Shown: positions 10,090-20,510 of the stretch, in pieces | Layout: every line of letters starts with the position of its first letter | How positions within the stretch are numbered: the first letter of the stretch is position 1 | From: Phoronis australis | Lineage: Eukaryota > Animalia > Phoronida | Direction: 5' to 3' | DNA: 64,000 nucleotides | Assembly (NCBI GenBank): GCA_002633005.1 | Contig: NMRA01000280.1 | Location: 78,080-142,079, forward strand | Made by a program: the position numbers and the translations under genes | The notes under the pieces: generated by a model | The model's input: only the letters and a program-made list of their open reading frames with translations | The model's database searches: none | Told to the model about the DNA's origin: nothing

Positions 10090-12506
10090 AATTTTATACA
10101 TCTGTATGAAAATGAATTATTTTCATTCGTTGTCATATATCATTGTATTCTTAACATCAGTTTTTTTATTTATGTATTCGTATATAATCATTGTATATAG
10201 ACTTCTTTGTATTTTTTTACCCAGATCTAATGCATCTTGGCGCTTTCTGGGTTATGTATATTCATTGTATTCTGAAGATTTCGTAATAAACATTAAAAAA
10301 AAAACCATTGTGATTATTGTTGCCAGACGATCCTTTTCATTTCCGTGATGTAATAGTGGTCCCAGGCCTTAGGCTGTCAAGGGGGCAGCTCCACTGAAAG
10401 GGGAGGGGGTCGCCGCGACCGATCCCCAAGACCCTGCCTTGGTTGTGCACACGTGTGATATTATTGGATGTCACTCTCATAGGGTTTTGTGTATAGCTTT
10501 GTTCCATTATTCAAAGGTTCGGAAGAACACGATTTGTGGAAATAAATAAAATGCACGAACAACATGGAGACGTCATACGTGATATGGTTTAAATGGTATG
10601 CACGGGGCATGACACAGTCAGGAAGGTTACACATTTGAAACAGGTCAAAAGGGGCCCGTTTCTGTTAAAGGTTCAAAACAAAACATCAAAATAGTATCAC
10701 ATCAGACAACTACGAACCATAAACTATGTAAATCTGAATAAAGTTTCGTGACTTAACAACATTCACTACTGCACTGAATAATTTTATTCATTGCGATTCT
10801 GGTTCTCATGTCTGTAGAAGTAGGCATACTCTTTGCATGACACATTCACAACAAGGAGTGTCCTAAGGCTTCCTCTTTCCTTGAAACATTGATCGCAGAT
10901 AGGGCACTGAATCAACTTGGTTCCTGAGCACTATGCTTCATATTGTGTTTTCTTATGCGGTAAAAAAATCTTGCCCTATGCAACACGGGGCTGATAAACG
11001 GCTGAGTGTCACTGTGTTTTATTGTCATGTGGTTATACAAAAAAGGTTGTTTCCTGAACGAAGCTCCACAACATATATGCATACACAGCCCTTTGTCACA
11101 TGCAGCAGTTGTGCTATTCTTTTTGAAGGCGTGTACGTTAGTTAACGCTCTTAAGGGCTCGTCGCGTGGCTACAGCTCAACTGAAAAATCAAACGCATTA
11201 ATCATATTTGTGAGGATAAATCTCACACAGAAATCATGAAAAACGGTGAAAGTATAACACACAATCGACCCGTCAACTAATTCATGGTCGTATTATTCCA
11301 AAATTATTGATATAACACCGTTACTTGAACGATTATTCAGGAAAATGCAGAGAAAAAAATGTGCGTTCACGATCGCATTTTCTGAGTTCACGATCGCCAT
11401 GGAGAATTAAAGGAGCATGCCACCCAAAAAACAACCTAATTTGTATCAATTTAGATCGAGTAGTTCTCCTCGATAGCGGCACGTACGGTTGCGTTACCTG
11501 ACACCTGACGGCAGACGGAGGTGATGAAATTTTCCACTGACGTCATCGGTTTCACACGCAGTCTGTTCAGCAGTTCACAACACGGGTAACTGGTGTCAGC
11601 TTATCGCTTGAATTCATCGTTTGACACCAATAAATGATCAAACTTCGACGTAAAACCCTTAAAAATACACCGAGTTCTTATAAAAACGTGTTGTCTTATT
11701 TCACTGTTACGGATTTATTTGTATTTGGATACACCGTAGCCAACAAATTTCGGCAGTCCAATTTACCAAGGTCCGTAGCAGGAGTTCGTGTTCTGTTCGG
11801 AGATAAATTCTAAGTATTTTTCCGTGAAATACAGACAGTAGGACCTAGATCTGTGTTGTTTAGACTTGTGTTTTTTAGTTCTAAACACAAAAAACGCTTG
11901 TTATCCCGGCCAGTGTCTCGGAACCCAATCAGGCCCGTCGCGACCGGACTGAAGACATCACGAACATTAACCAGCCAAAGTTGGAAACTAAGCTTGAAGT
12001 CAAGAAAATACTACACTAGTGAGCTAAAGAAGTAATGTGCACGTGATTATTTTGCTGAAGCCACGAAACTGCAAAATCTACTAAGGCCTACTCGTCGGGG
12101 GTCTTGAATTCAGGTTCCCGTTTGGCCACAGAACCGCCAGGGCAGAAGTTGTACATTGACAATCATTATTTGGAATAATGTATAAGTAAATAAAGATTCC
12201 CCTAACACCTGGCCGTGGGATGGAATATCGAGTTATTGTTTCACAACAGATTCTGTCAGCAAACACTGAATTAGCTTGCGCTCACACGGCCTCGGTGTCC
12301 GGTCAAATTAGTTTTATTGCACCTAAAGCCGGTAACGCAGTGATTTATTCATTGCTGGCTTCTCAAATCATTTCCACTCTCGAACACTCCAAAGGCATTA
12401 CAAATTGCATCTAATGGGACACATTTTCTTTCAGTTTTATATATAAGTATTGGTTAGGGTGAGAATAATTAATTTTGAAAGAGAACGCTTAGTAATAAAC
12501 GTCAAC

Positions 12507-12724
12507 ATGGCAACTCGCAATCCCGACTTGGAGGAGTACTCATCTGACGAAGACTTCCCAGGTAGATCGTTAGTTTTCTCAGGATATCAGTTCGAACTAG
12601 CTAGAGTACACTGATCAAGAAGTATTAGAGAGGCGCCGTGAACGTGCACAAACAATGGAGTACATGGATAGTTCCGAAAACCGTCTCATGGTGTCAGTGC
12701 GCTAACTGCACCATAATGGAATAA
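12507..12724 (+). pseudogene. Frameshifted N-terminal stub of a Cys-rich accessory gene (P2X7-ballast/nanor-like, KolX-type)
   Basis: ATG at 12507; acidic leader, GYQFE(L)EYTDQE after removing a duplicated CTAG at 12597-12604, then ENRL, a frameshift, and WCQCANCTIME* (12689-12724). Confidence 0.65.
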
Positions 12725-13056
12725 ACTGATCCACGTTTCTTTGCTTCCTGCCTGCTGAACGCAAACACACTAGGCACAGCATCTGATTTCAGCCTCGGTT
12801 GCTTTTTCTGCCCTGGCATGAGTTGTTTGGCAAGCCGGAATTCACGGTCAGTGAAATCACTGTTCACGAAATGTCGGTCACAGACACGGAGATGTTTCAC
12901 GGCCTCGTACTTGGTATGAACTCCGTACTTGTCATTTTTCACTGCCGCGAGCCACTTCCGAAGCATTTCGGGCTCTCGAGGAAATCGAAAAAACGATGTA
13001 CCCGCTTTCCTCGCCACTTCATAGTTCGAACAGGCAGGAACGACACACCACACCAT
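12694..13056 (-). pseudogene. Truncated THAP-domain transposase N-terminus
   Basis: CGCCATGG Kozak at 13056; THAP signature CVVPAC..FFRFP..W..VCDRHF..F..LKSDAVPSVF; ends about 20 aa after the domain with no DDE core. Confidence 0.88.
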
Positions 13057-13491
13057 GGCGGAATTCACTCTGCATACGAACCATTGACGTCGCTGCGGAC
13101 TTTCTCACCTTCCTCACAGGCTAACGCGACACCTCTCAGCAAGGTAAGGTCGACCGTGTACGAGCCGATGTGGCCCCAGACCGATTAAGACGGTAAAAAA
13201 GACTAATTAAATCGGGTGGCATTAGCCTTTAACAGCTTCATTCCCGATCGCCGTCTCACACAAGGACCTGCTTGTATCGGTAGATATCTCGAATTTTTCC
13301 ACAAATTCTAACTAACAAAGGTGTCACCAGGGACGACTTAACTATCAACGTCACACGTCTCCACTGAAGAACCCAGGAATTGCTAATAACAAGTAGAAAT
13401 TGACGAATTTACAAGACGCAAGGCATTTTACCGAAAGGCATTGGATTCTGCGATCTCTATTTCAAAAAAAAAAATTAGCAAAAGCCAAGTA

Positions 13492-16407
13492 TCATTTCAG
13501 ATCCATAACAATGGCTAAGCTCTGGCGCTTTTCGGTGTGTCGCATTGGTACCAAAGTAGCCTCTATTTTAAGAAGGAAATGACATTTAAACTCACCGGGT
13601 ATTTCATTGTCGTCTGCCATTTTTGGTGTAAGGTCGCGTTCTCGATCGCCTTCCGGGCGTTCTCGATCGCGGGTTGGCTGGGGTGATCTAGAACATAAGA
13701 GGTGTTTAATGAAGCAGCAACACAGTGCACTTATCATACCACCGACTGCGCCGACGACTGTGAACAATATCTTCATGAATATTGGTATGTCCGCCATTTT
13801 GTCTTTTCGGCTTGACTTGCATGACAATGGAGTGCTAACAGAACTTGAACTTATGAGATTCACAGTTTCACAACTGTAGTCCGCCAAGGACAACTGGTCA
13901 CTGTGAAAACGGATAGATCCGGTGTTCTCGAACACAGAGCGATTTTCTGACGATTGGAATTTGGTGCATTCCTTTGACGGTGTGGTAATCTTGATCATAG
14001 GCGCTGGGTCACCTGAGGCCATGCAACTAACCTCGGTGTATCCTTCGTGAATCCTAAATTGCAGACGAGGCTTGGACGGTTTTTCACACACAAGTGTTTG
14101 ATCAATAAAAGCGCCAATAGGAAAACTTTTCTTGAAAGGAGTTTTACACTCTATAAATCTATTATTGTAGTAATTGACAGCACTTTTAATTTTTTCTTGA
14201 AACGCGCTTAACTCACAATTACAGTGAAATGGATTTCCGCTCAAGTAGAAGACATTTGAACCAAACTCAGCAGAAACAGTTTGGATTCTGTTATTTTCTA
14301 ATTTTACTGCATATAAGTTCGGCATTCCTGTAAACGATTCGTATTTTACAAATACTAATTCATTGTTGTTGAGATCGATGTGTCTTAATGTGTTCACACA
14401 ATCAAACACATTTTCGAAAATATTTCGAATACGATTGCCGTCTAGTTCAACATACCGTAGTTGCCTTAGATCGCAAAAAGTGCCCTTTTGTATGTCACCG
14501 ATTTGATTTTGTGAAAGAGAAAGAGTAGTCAACGCCATGAAATATCTGGGGAAAATATTGCGGTTAACGGTTGCGATGTTATTGTTTCGAAGGTGAATTA
14601 CCTCCAAATTGTACATGAAGACGAAACATTCGTTTTCTAATTGGTTTATGTCATTAAAACTAAGAACCAGTTTTCTCAGATTGAAGAGTCCCTTCAGCCA
14701 CTCTTTGTTTACTGTCTTAATATTATTGCCGTGAAGATCTAGCTCTTCCAGCTTACTCAGGTGGTTGAAAGAATTCCGCTGAATTAAGACTATGGTGTTA
14801 TTTGATAAATCAAGTACCATTAGTTCAGATAAAAATGAAAACATCAAAGGAGATATGTAGCGAAGAAAGTTATCGGCTAAAATCAGCTGTATTGCATTAG
14901 ATTGTCGCGAAAATGTCGCCTCCTGGATTTCAACCACGCTGCAGCCTCTGAAGTTCAACTTCTGACTTCGCACATTATTTAGGAAATCCTTTGATAAACT
15001 TATATTATTCATTCTACTATTAACCACTCTAAATCCCTGAAACCAGACACGATTCATATCCGATGATTTGAACGTTTTCATGACTACTGACGGTAAGCTA
15101 ACAGTTGTGTTAATGTTTTTTATTATAAGCGTGAAATCCAATAATTTTCCTAAATTAATGCTTGTCAAACTCGCGACAGAGTCAACTTCAAGCTTAAGAT
15201 ATCGAAGGTTCTCCAAGTTCATGAAAGCATTTTTATGTACGCACGTAATGATGTTACCGGATAGCAACAAATCAGTCAATTTTGTTAGATTCGAAAATGT
15301 TCCCCGTTTCAAATTCGTCAGCAAGTTATGCGATAAGTCTAATGTGGTCAAATTATTAAGGTTCATCAAATCAAAAGTCTCCAGCTTATTAGAGCTAATA
15401 AAAAGATAAGTTAAACTGTACAATCCTTTAAATAATTCTTTTGCTAAGTTGCGTACCACATTTCCATCCAACCTGATGGAACGTAAATCCCGAAGATTTC
15501 GAAATGCGCTTGGGTGAATTTCGCGGATTCTGTTTTTGCTGATATCCAAAACCTTAAGCGCTTGAAGACCGTCGCAACAGAGCTTTGAAATGTATGTCAG
15601 CTTGTTCTGTTCCATGTTTAATGTACTCAGACGATATGTGTAAGTAAAGGCCGGTGTGCTAAGTGTCGTTATCTCGTTCCTGCTTAGATGTAGAAAAATA
15701 AGGTTTTCGAGACCAAGAAAGGCAGTTGGTGCAATCTCTTGCATGTAGTTATCTGAAAGCCAAAGATACTTTAAATATTTTAAATGAGCAAACGGTCCAT
15801 TCTTCAATTCTTGGACTTTGTTGAAACTGATATCCAACGTCACCAGATTGCTTAAACCCTTGAACATTTCCATAGAAATGTTACCCAGTTTGTTTCTCCT
15901 GAGGTTTAAGGTTCTTAGATTGGTAAGGGACTTGAAAGAATCATCTTGAATGATTGTTACCAAGTTTTCCTGCAATTCCAACGTTACGAGTGAAGAGAGA
16001 CCATGGAATGTCATTTCCTGTATCTCTGTTATTTTGTTCTTGGGCAGCAATAGTGCCTCCATGGTCGCCATTCGCTCAAATGCTCCGTCTTCGACCTTAC
16101 TCACGTTGTTACCGTCCAAGCTAAGACGCTTAACACTATCCAGACCTCGAAGGGAGACTTCTCTTATATGTGATATCTGGTTTTCATTGAGGTTCAAATT
16201 TACAACTTTAGACGAGAGGTTGTTGAAAGCATTCCCTAAAATCTCCCGAATTCCGCACCTGGTTAAGTTGACGAAACCCCATCGAAGCTTGGCTTGAATA
16301 ACAGACTTTGATAATATTGAACAATCCATTGCCCCGGCTAGGCAAATTCTCTCATACAAAGCTACAGTTGTGATCAGAAATAGGATGAAATTGTTTCCAA
16401 AAGCCAT
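13492..16407 (-). CDS. Single-pass LRR receptor-like protein (signal peptide, two LRR arrays, LRRCT, Ig-like domain, TM, short cytoplasmic tail)
   Basis: ATG at 16407 followed by hydrophobic FILFLITTVAL; more than 20 LxxLxLxxNxIxxI..F repeats; NPFHCNC..C..P..C cap; VSCMASGDPAP..DYSC Ig motif; TM ILFTVVGAVGGMISALCCCFI. May be spliced at 13596 (G|GTGAGT) instead of reading through to the stop at 13492. Confidence 0.92.
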   Translation of the reverse strand: MAFGNNFILFLITTVALYERICLAGAMDCSILSKSVIQAKLRWGFVNLTRCGIREILGNAFNNLSSKVVNLNLNENQISHIREVSLRGLDSVKRLSLDGNNVSKVEDGAFERMATMEALLLPKNKITEIQEMTFHGLSSLVTLELQENLVTIIQDDSFKSLTNLRTLNLRRNKLGNISMEMFKGLSNLVTLDISFNKVQELKNGPFAHLKYLKYLWLSDNYMQEIAPTAFLGLENLIFLHLSRNEITTLSTPAFTYTYRLSTLNMEQNKLTYISKLCCDGLQALKVLDISKNRIREIHPSAFRNLRDLRSIRLDGNVVRNLAKELFKGLYSLTYLFISSNKLETFDLMNLNNLTTLDLSHNLLTNLKRGTFSNLTKLTDLLLSGNIITCVHKNAFMNLENLRYLKLEVDSVASLTSINLGKLLDFTLIIKNINTTVSLPSVVMKTFKSSDMNRVWFQGFRVVNSRMNNISLSKDFLNNVRSQKLNFRGCSVVEIQEATFSRQSNAIQLILADNFLRYISPLMFSFLSELMVLDLSNNTIVLIQRNSFNHLSKLEELDLHGNNIKTVNKEWLKGLFNLRKLVLSFNDINQLENECFVFMYNLEVIHLRNNNIATVNRNIFPRYFMALTTLSLSQNQIGDIQKGTFCDLRQLRYVELDGNRIRNIFENVFDCVNTLRHIDLNNNELVFVKYESFTGMPNLYAVKLENNRIQTVSAEFGSNVFYLSGNPFHCNCELSAFQEKIKSAVNYYNNRFIECKTPFKKSFPIGAFIDQTLVCEKPSKPRLQFRIHEGYTEVSCMASGDPAPMIKITTPSKECTKFQSSENRSVFENTGSIRFHSDQLSLADYSCETVNLISSSSVSTPLSCKSSRKDKMADIPIFMKILFTVVGAVGGMISALCCCFIKHLLCSRSPQPTRDRERPEGDRERDLTPKMADDNEIPGEFKCHFLLKIEATLVPMRHTEKRQSLAIVMDLK

Positions 16408-16655
16408 TGATAACGTCGATGTTGGCTGTGACCTCAAAAGCAAAATGGTACGTCAACAGTAATCAGTGTCATTTATATTCATTGACGCAATTTCATCGAT
16501 CACAGTTTTCCCCATACTTTAGAAAATTAGTCTTCAGAAGATGACAAGTTGTATTTAACACGAAAACGTGTGTGGCATTTGTGTATTAGTATCATAAAAT
16601 ATGTTCTGGAAACAGTGTATTGTTCTGTGCAGTGTATAGTCGACGGGCTCAGACC

Positions 16656-17950
16656 TTAGACTTTCGGATTGTTGAGTGTATTAAATTCGTATGAACGAGT
16701 GCAGTGCATTTGTATGAACGAGTGCAATTTGCCGGAGTCCCTCAGTGTAGTGTCATAGTTCTTGCCTAGGTACTTTAAAGGCTTCTTGTCCAGAGATGGT
16801 ATGGATTCGCTGTCAATGCTGAAAGTATCATGGTGGCAAACTTTTCCCTTCGTCAAAACTACCAGACTCCTGGATTTGGGGAACTTGAAATGCATCTTCA
16901 CCCATTCCACCAACTCTGCCAACTTCTTCAGCACCCATGCTGCTCCGACTGTGAAGCTGGTAGCAATGGTTAGGTCATCCACGAATGCCTTGATCACTGG
17001 TAGTCTTGACCCTTTAAGGTGGACCTCTGCATATTCCTTGCTGGCTCTTTGTATAAAAATGTTCATCATGGCACAGCCGGTCAAAATTCCCTTTTCCAAC
17101 GATGGCCAGTTCGTCGTGAAGTCCGCCCCCCGGGAATCTCATCCGTATGCTCTGAAAGTAGTTGCGAATAAGCAGTTGAGCTTTCTGTGGTATGTAATAT
17201 GCCCTCGTGGCTAGGTGAGGCATAGATCCGTAGGCGTTCATTAAGTCCAGTCATATGATCGCCAAATCTTTAGCCCATAGCTTGTATTTTCTGATGAGTT
17301 CCGAAAGCATGCTTGTGTGTTCTGCCAGAGTACCATGAATCCCTCCTTTCTGAAGACCTGGGGGTTGATATGTCCATTTCCCAACGCATACGCTGTCATC
17401 CGTCGCGACATTGTTGCAAAGAAAATCTTGCTCTCTTTGCAGAGAAGAGAAGTCGGTCGCAGTCCTCTGTTGTCTTTGCCGCTGATTTCTTCGGAATGAA
17501 TCAACGCTCGGCCATGCCCTATCCGCCTGGGAGTGTTACAGAGTTTCAAATTGCGCTCAATATCTTCCACAGTCTTTTCAACAAGACTGGGAACTGCTTG
17601 TAATTAACTTTGTAGGACAATCCGGAAGAACCTGGTGGTCAGCTCATACTTGCCTTTTTAGCCACTTCCTGTACTCCTCGCGCAAAACCGCTAAGCATTC
17701 CTTGTTCTGGTCGCTTCTTCCAGTCCTGGGTAAGGTGTCGAAATTTCTGCCCGGATGTCGCTTATTTCTCCCTGTATTTGACTTGTTTGTTTCTGCTTTT
17801 CCATCGCTCCAAATCTTTCCTTACAGACATCGTACACAATGTCCGTCATTGTTGACATCTCTCTTTGCGCGATTCCTTTCAGCCTACCCCAAAAATGCTG
17901 TTCAGGTTTTGATCGAGTTATCTCCACTTTACTGTGCCTGTAGTATTTAG
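16656..17950 (-). mobile_element. Decayed RLE-type (HERO/R2-group-like) non-LTR retrotransposon RT fragment
   Basis: Fragments in several frames: LRPTSLLCKESKIFF, NAYGSMPH, LEKGILTGC, KAFVDDLTI, FKFPKSRSLV, KPLKYLGK.YD..LRD; multiple frameshifts. Confidence 0.85.
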
Positions 17951-18249
17951 GCTAGTCTATCTTCTTTCTTCGTTGTGAGGTGGAGGTGTTTAAAAACTTC
18001 TAAATCTAGGCACGTCATTCGTCGAGCCACTAATTAATAGAACGAAATTTCCCCTTGATAGTAAAGCTGAAAAAAGTCAACAGGTCAGGGGCGGGGGAGG
18101 GAATCGAGAAAACAACAGGCATGTGTGCTAAGCTGTCTTTTTTCTTGAAAAAATATTTTGATCAGAAGTATGTGAAGACTTTTTGTTACCTGTGTGTGGA
18201 AGACATCGTGGAGAAAAGGCCGGACATTATATTGATTCAGGAGATAAAG

Positions 18250-20510
18250 TAGGAGCTGGCGATGAAGAAAGAAATTGTTTTCTGTCTTGATTTGACCAAG
18301 AGGTGGTGATGGAACAACTTGAGAAAAAAATTAACACTTCAGCAATACAGACAATTAAAGAGGAACAGGACATTGTTGCTTTACAACCACAGAATAAGAT
18401 GTTGAAAGAAAATATTAATTTACTAGAGCAGTATTCGTGTTCGGCTTCAGTTCGAATACATGGAATAGAAGAGAATAACGAAGAAAGATGTAAACAGTTG
18501 GTGTTGGAATTTTGTGACTATGTCTTGAAAGTTGATGTTATTGACAAGAATACAGACAAAGTGAAAGACAGTGAAAGAACGACCAGGCATTCATCGGCAT
18601 TGATTAAACCGCGTCCGATTATCGTCAAATTTATGCCATATAAAACCAAGTTGAATATGTTACGCAATACGAAGAAAACAAAAACACCGGAGCATTCATT
18701 TTGGAAGACCTTGCTGCGGCAAAGTATTCCTTGTTGAAACAATCCTTCAAACGTGAGCAAGTTGACAGCTCGTGGAGCACCAATGGCGAAATTTTCGGGA
18801 AGCTAAAAAAACGGTACCATCAAGAAAATTATTTCAACACACGGCATATAAACAATATGGCCCTCGACATTGTTGTCTGACAAGTGAGCCGAACCCTGGC
18901 ACGCTTTCGGGATTAATTGACGATCATATGGAACTTTTTGTATCTTTGTTGCTCGTTTTCCCGTTTCCCTCTATTGTGATTGGTAAGTGTGTGAATGAGA
19001 TGAGTAATCGTTATTATTTTACTATATGTTTTATATTGCTTTCCTAGTGGTTAGGCATCGAGGTTCGCTAAAGAACTATTTTGAAGATGAATACTTTAAA
19101 ATTGGTATCCATAAATGTCGGAGGATTAAATTCAGATATTAAACGGAAATACTTAATGAAATTCATTTTACGTAGCAAATTTGACATTGTTTATTTATAG
19201 GAAACGTATTTTAGTCCGGAAATTGAACATATTCTGTAAAAGGAGTGGAATGGTCTTAATTTTTCGAGTAGTAGAGGAACTACAGTATTATTTGATTCAA
19301 ATATTTCCCAAAACCTGAGGAACATTACAGTAAAAAACGATGAAAATGGTCGCTTTGATATTGGTTCATGTATACCCTATGAGGAAGACGTGGGTTTTAC
19401 TTTCCAAACGATTTAAGAAATCCACTGATCTTTCTGTCAAGACTTGAAAGCCAATTATGTAATGCCCCCCTGTGCTGGAAATTTTAACTGCACATTCACT
19501 GACTTGGACAATCTCGGAGTACCTGAACGTCCTCCATAAAAAATTAATAACATCAGGAAGTAATTTCTGTAGACATTTTAGTTTAATAGGTGTATGGAGA
19601 CAGAGGAAACCTGAGATAAGGAAGTACTCAAGAAGAGATTAATTAAAAGTCCAAACTAGACTAGATTACTGGCTAGTAAGATGCCAGTCTGTTATAATTA
19701 ATAATTTTATATATTCGGATCATTCAGCTATTACGCTTAACGTTAGTAATTGGTAACTCGAAGACCGGGTTTATGGAAATGGAATAATAGCTTACTTCTT
19801 GAAAAAGATTACTTGAATGAGATCGGAGCAATTATTGCTGATCATTACACGACGGAAAACCAAGAGGATAAAAACTTGTCGTGGGATATTTTAAAAATGA
19901 AAATTATTCACAAGTCAATACAAATTTCAAAAGTGTAAGTTCTAGAAATAGACAACAAGAACAGTTATTAATAGATCAAATAAATAAATAAACTACACAA
20001 GTCGAAAAAATCAAATAATCACCTGTTGCAGTTTGAATTAAATAAATGTAAGTTAAACCTAGAAATTTTAGAAACCCCATTAATTAAAAGTATGATTGTT
20101 AGAAGTAAAGCCCAGTGGGTTGAAGAAGGTGAGACAAATTCTAAATATTTTTAAACCTTGAAAAATGTAACCGTGGTAAAAATATAACAAAACTGGAATC
20201 AAAAGGCAGAGTGACCCATGACCCAAAAGGGATACAAAACATTCAACGAGCTTTTTACGAAGCTCTTTATTATGAAAAACATTATGAGAACATGGATTTC
20301 GCGGATACCCTGCCTAGTGATAAAGTACTGATATGTGACGTGCCCGGTCTTATCATTAGTACAAGAGATCACAGAGGAAGAGCTCCATGAAGCTTTAAAA
20401 CAATCCCAAAACAATAAAACACCAGGCAATGACGGTTTAGAATACGAATTTTACAAAACATTTGGGATACTACGAAACAGTACCTTTTGGAATGTCTTAA
20501 TTACAATTTC
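18250..20510 (+). mobile_element. Decayed, 3'-truncated L1/Tx1-clade LINE (ORF1 plus endonuclease and start of RT)
   Basis: ORF1-like LEQYS..VRIHGIEE..PRPIIVKF (18303-18737); ORF2 from ATG at 19087: SINVGGL, IVYL*ETY, RLDYWL, SDHSAI, PGLWKWNNSLL, RSKAQWVEEGE.NSKYF, NKTPGNDGL..EFYK; stops and frameshifts. Confidence 0.9.

Larger units (their letters stand above)
6167..10304 (+). mobile_element. Apparently full-length, intact non-LTR retrotransposon (APE-RT, CR1/L2-group-like, single ORF)
   Basis: Uninterrupted 1175-aa ORF; 3' stem ACCCAGA..TCTGGGT (10219-10252); AATAAA at 10285-10290; A10 tail at 10295-10304; candidate TSD ACCATT at 6161-6166 and 10304-10309. The 5' boundary is tentative. Confidence 0.9.
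11411..13228. mobile_element. Kolobok-like DNA transposon, internally deleted and non-autonomous
   Basis: TTAA on both flanks (11407-11410, 13229-13232); AG..CT termini; imperfect 15-bp TIR AGGAGCATGCCACCC versus AGGCTAATGCCACCC (12/15); carries a THAP ORF. Confidence 0.85.

Noticed and set aside
13607-16297. Plus-strand ORFs (90-115 aa, including an RS-rich one) overlapping the LRR gene
   Set aside because: Antisense shadows of the LRR reading frame.
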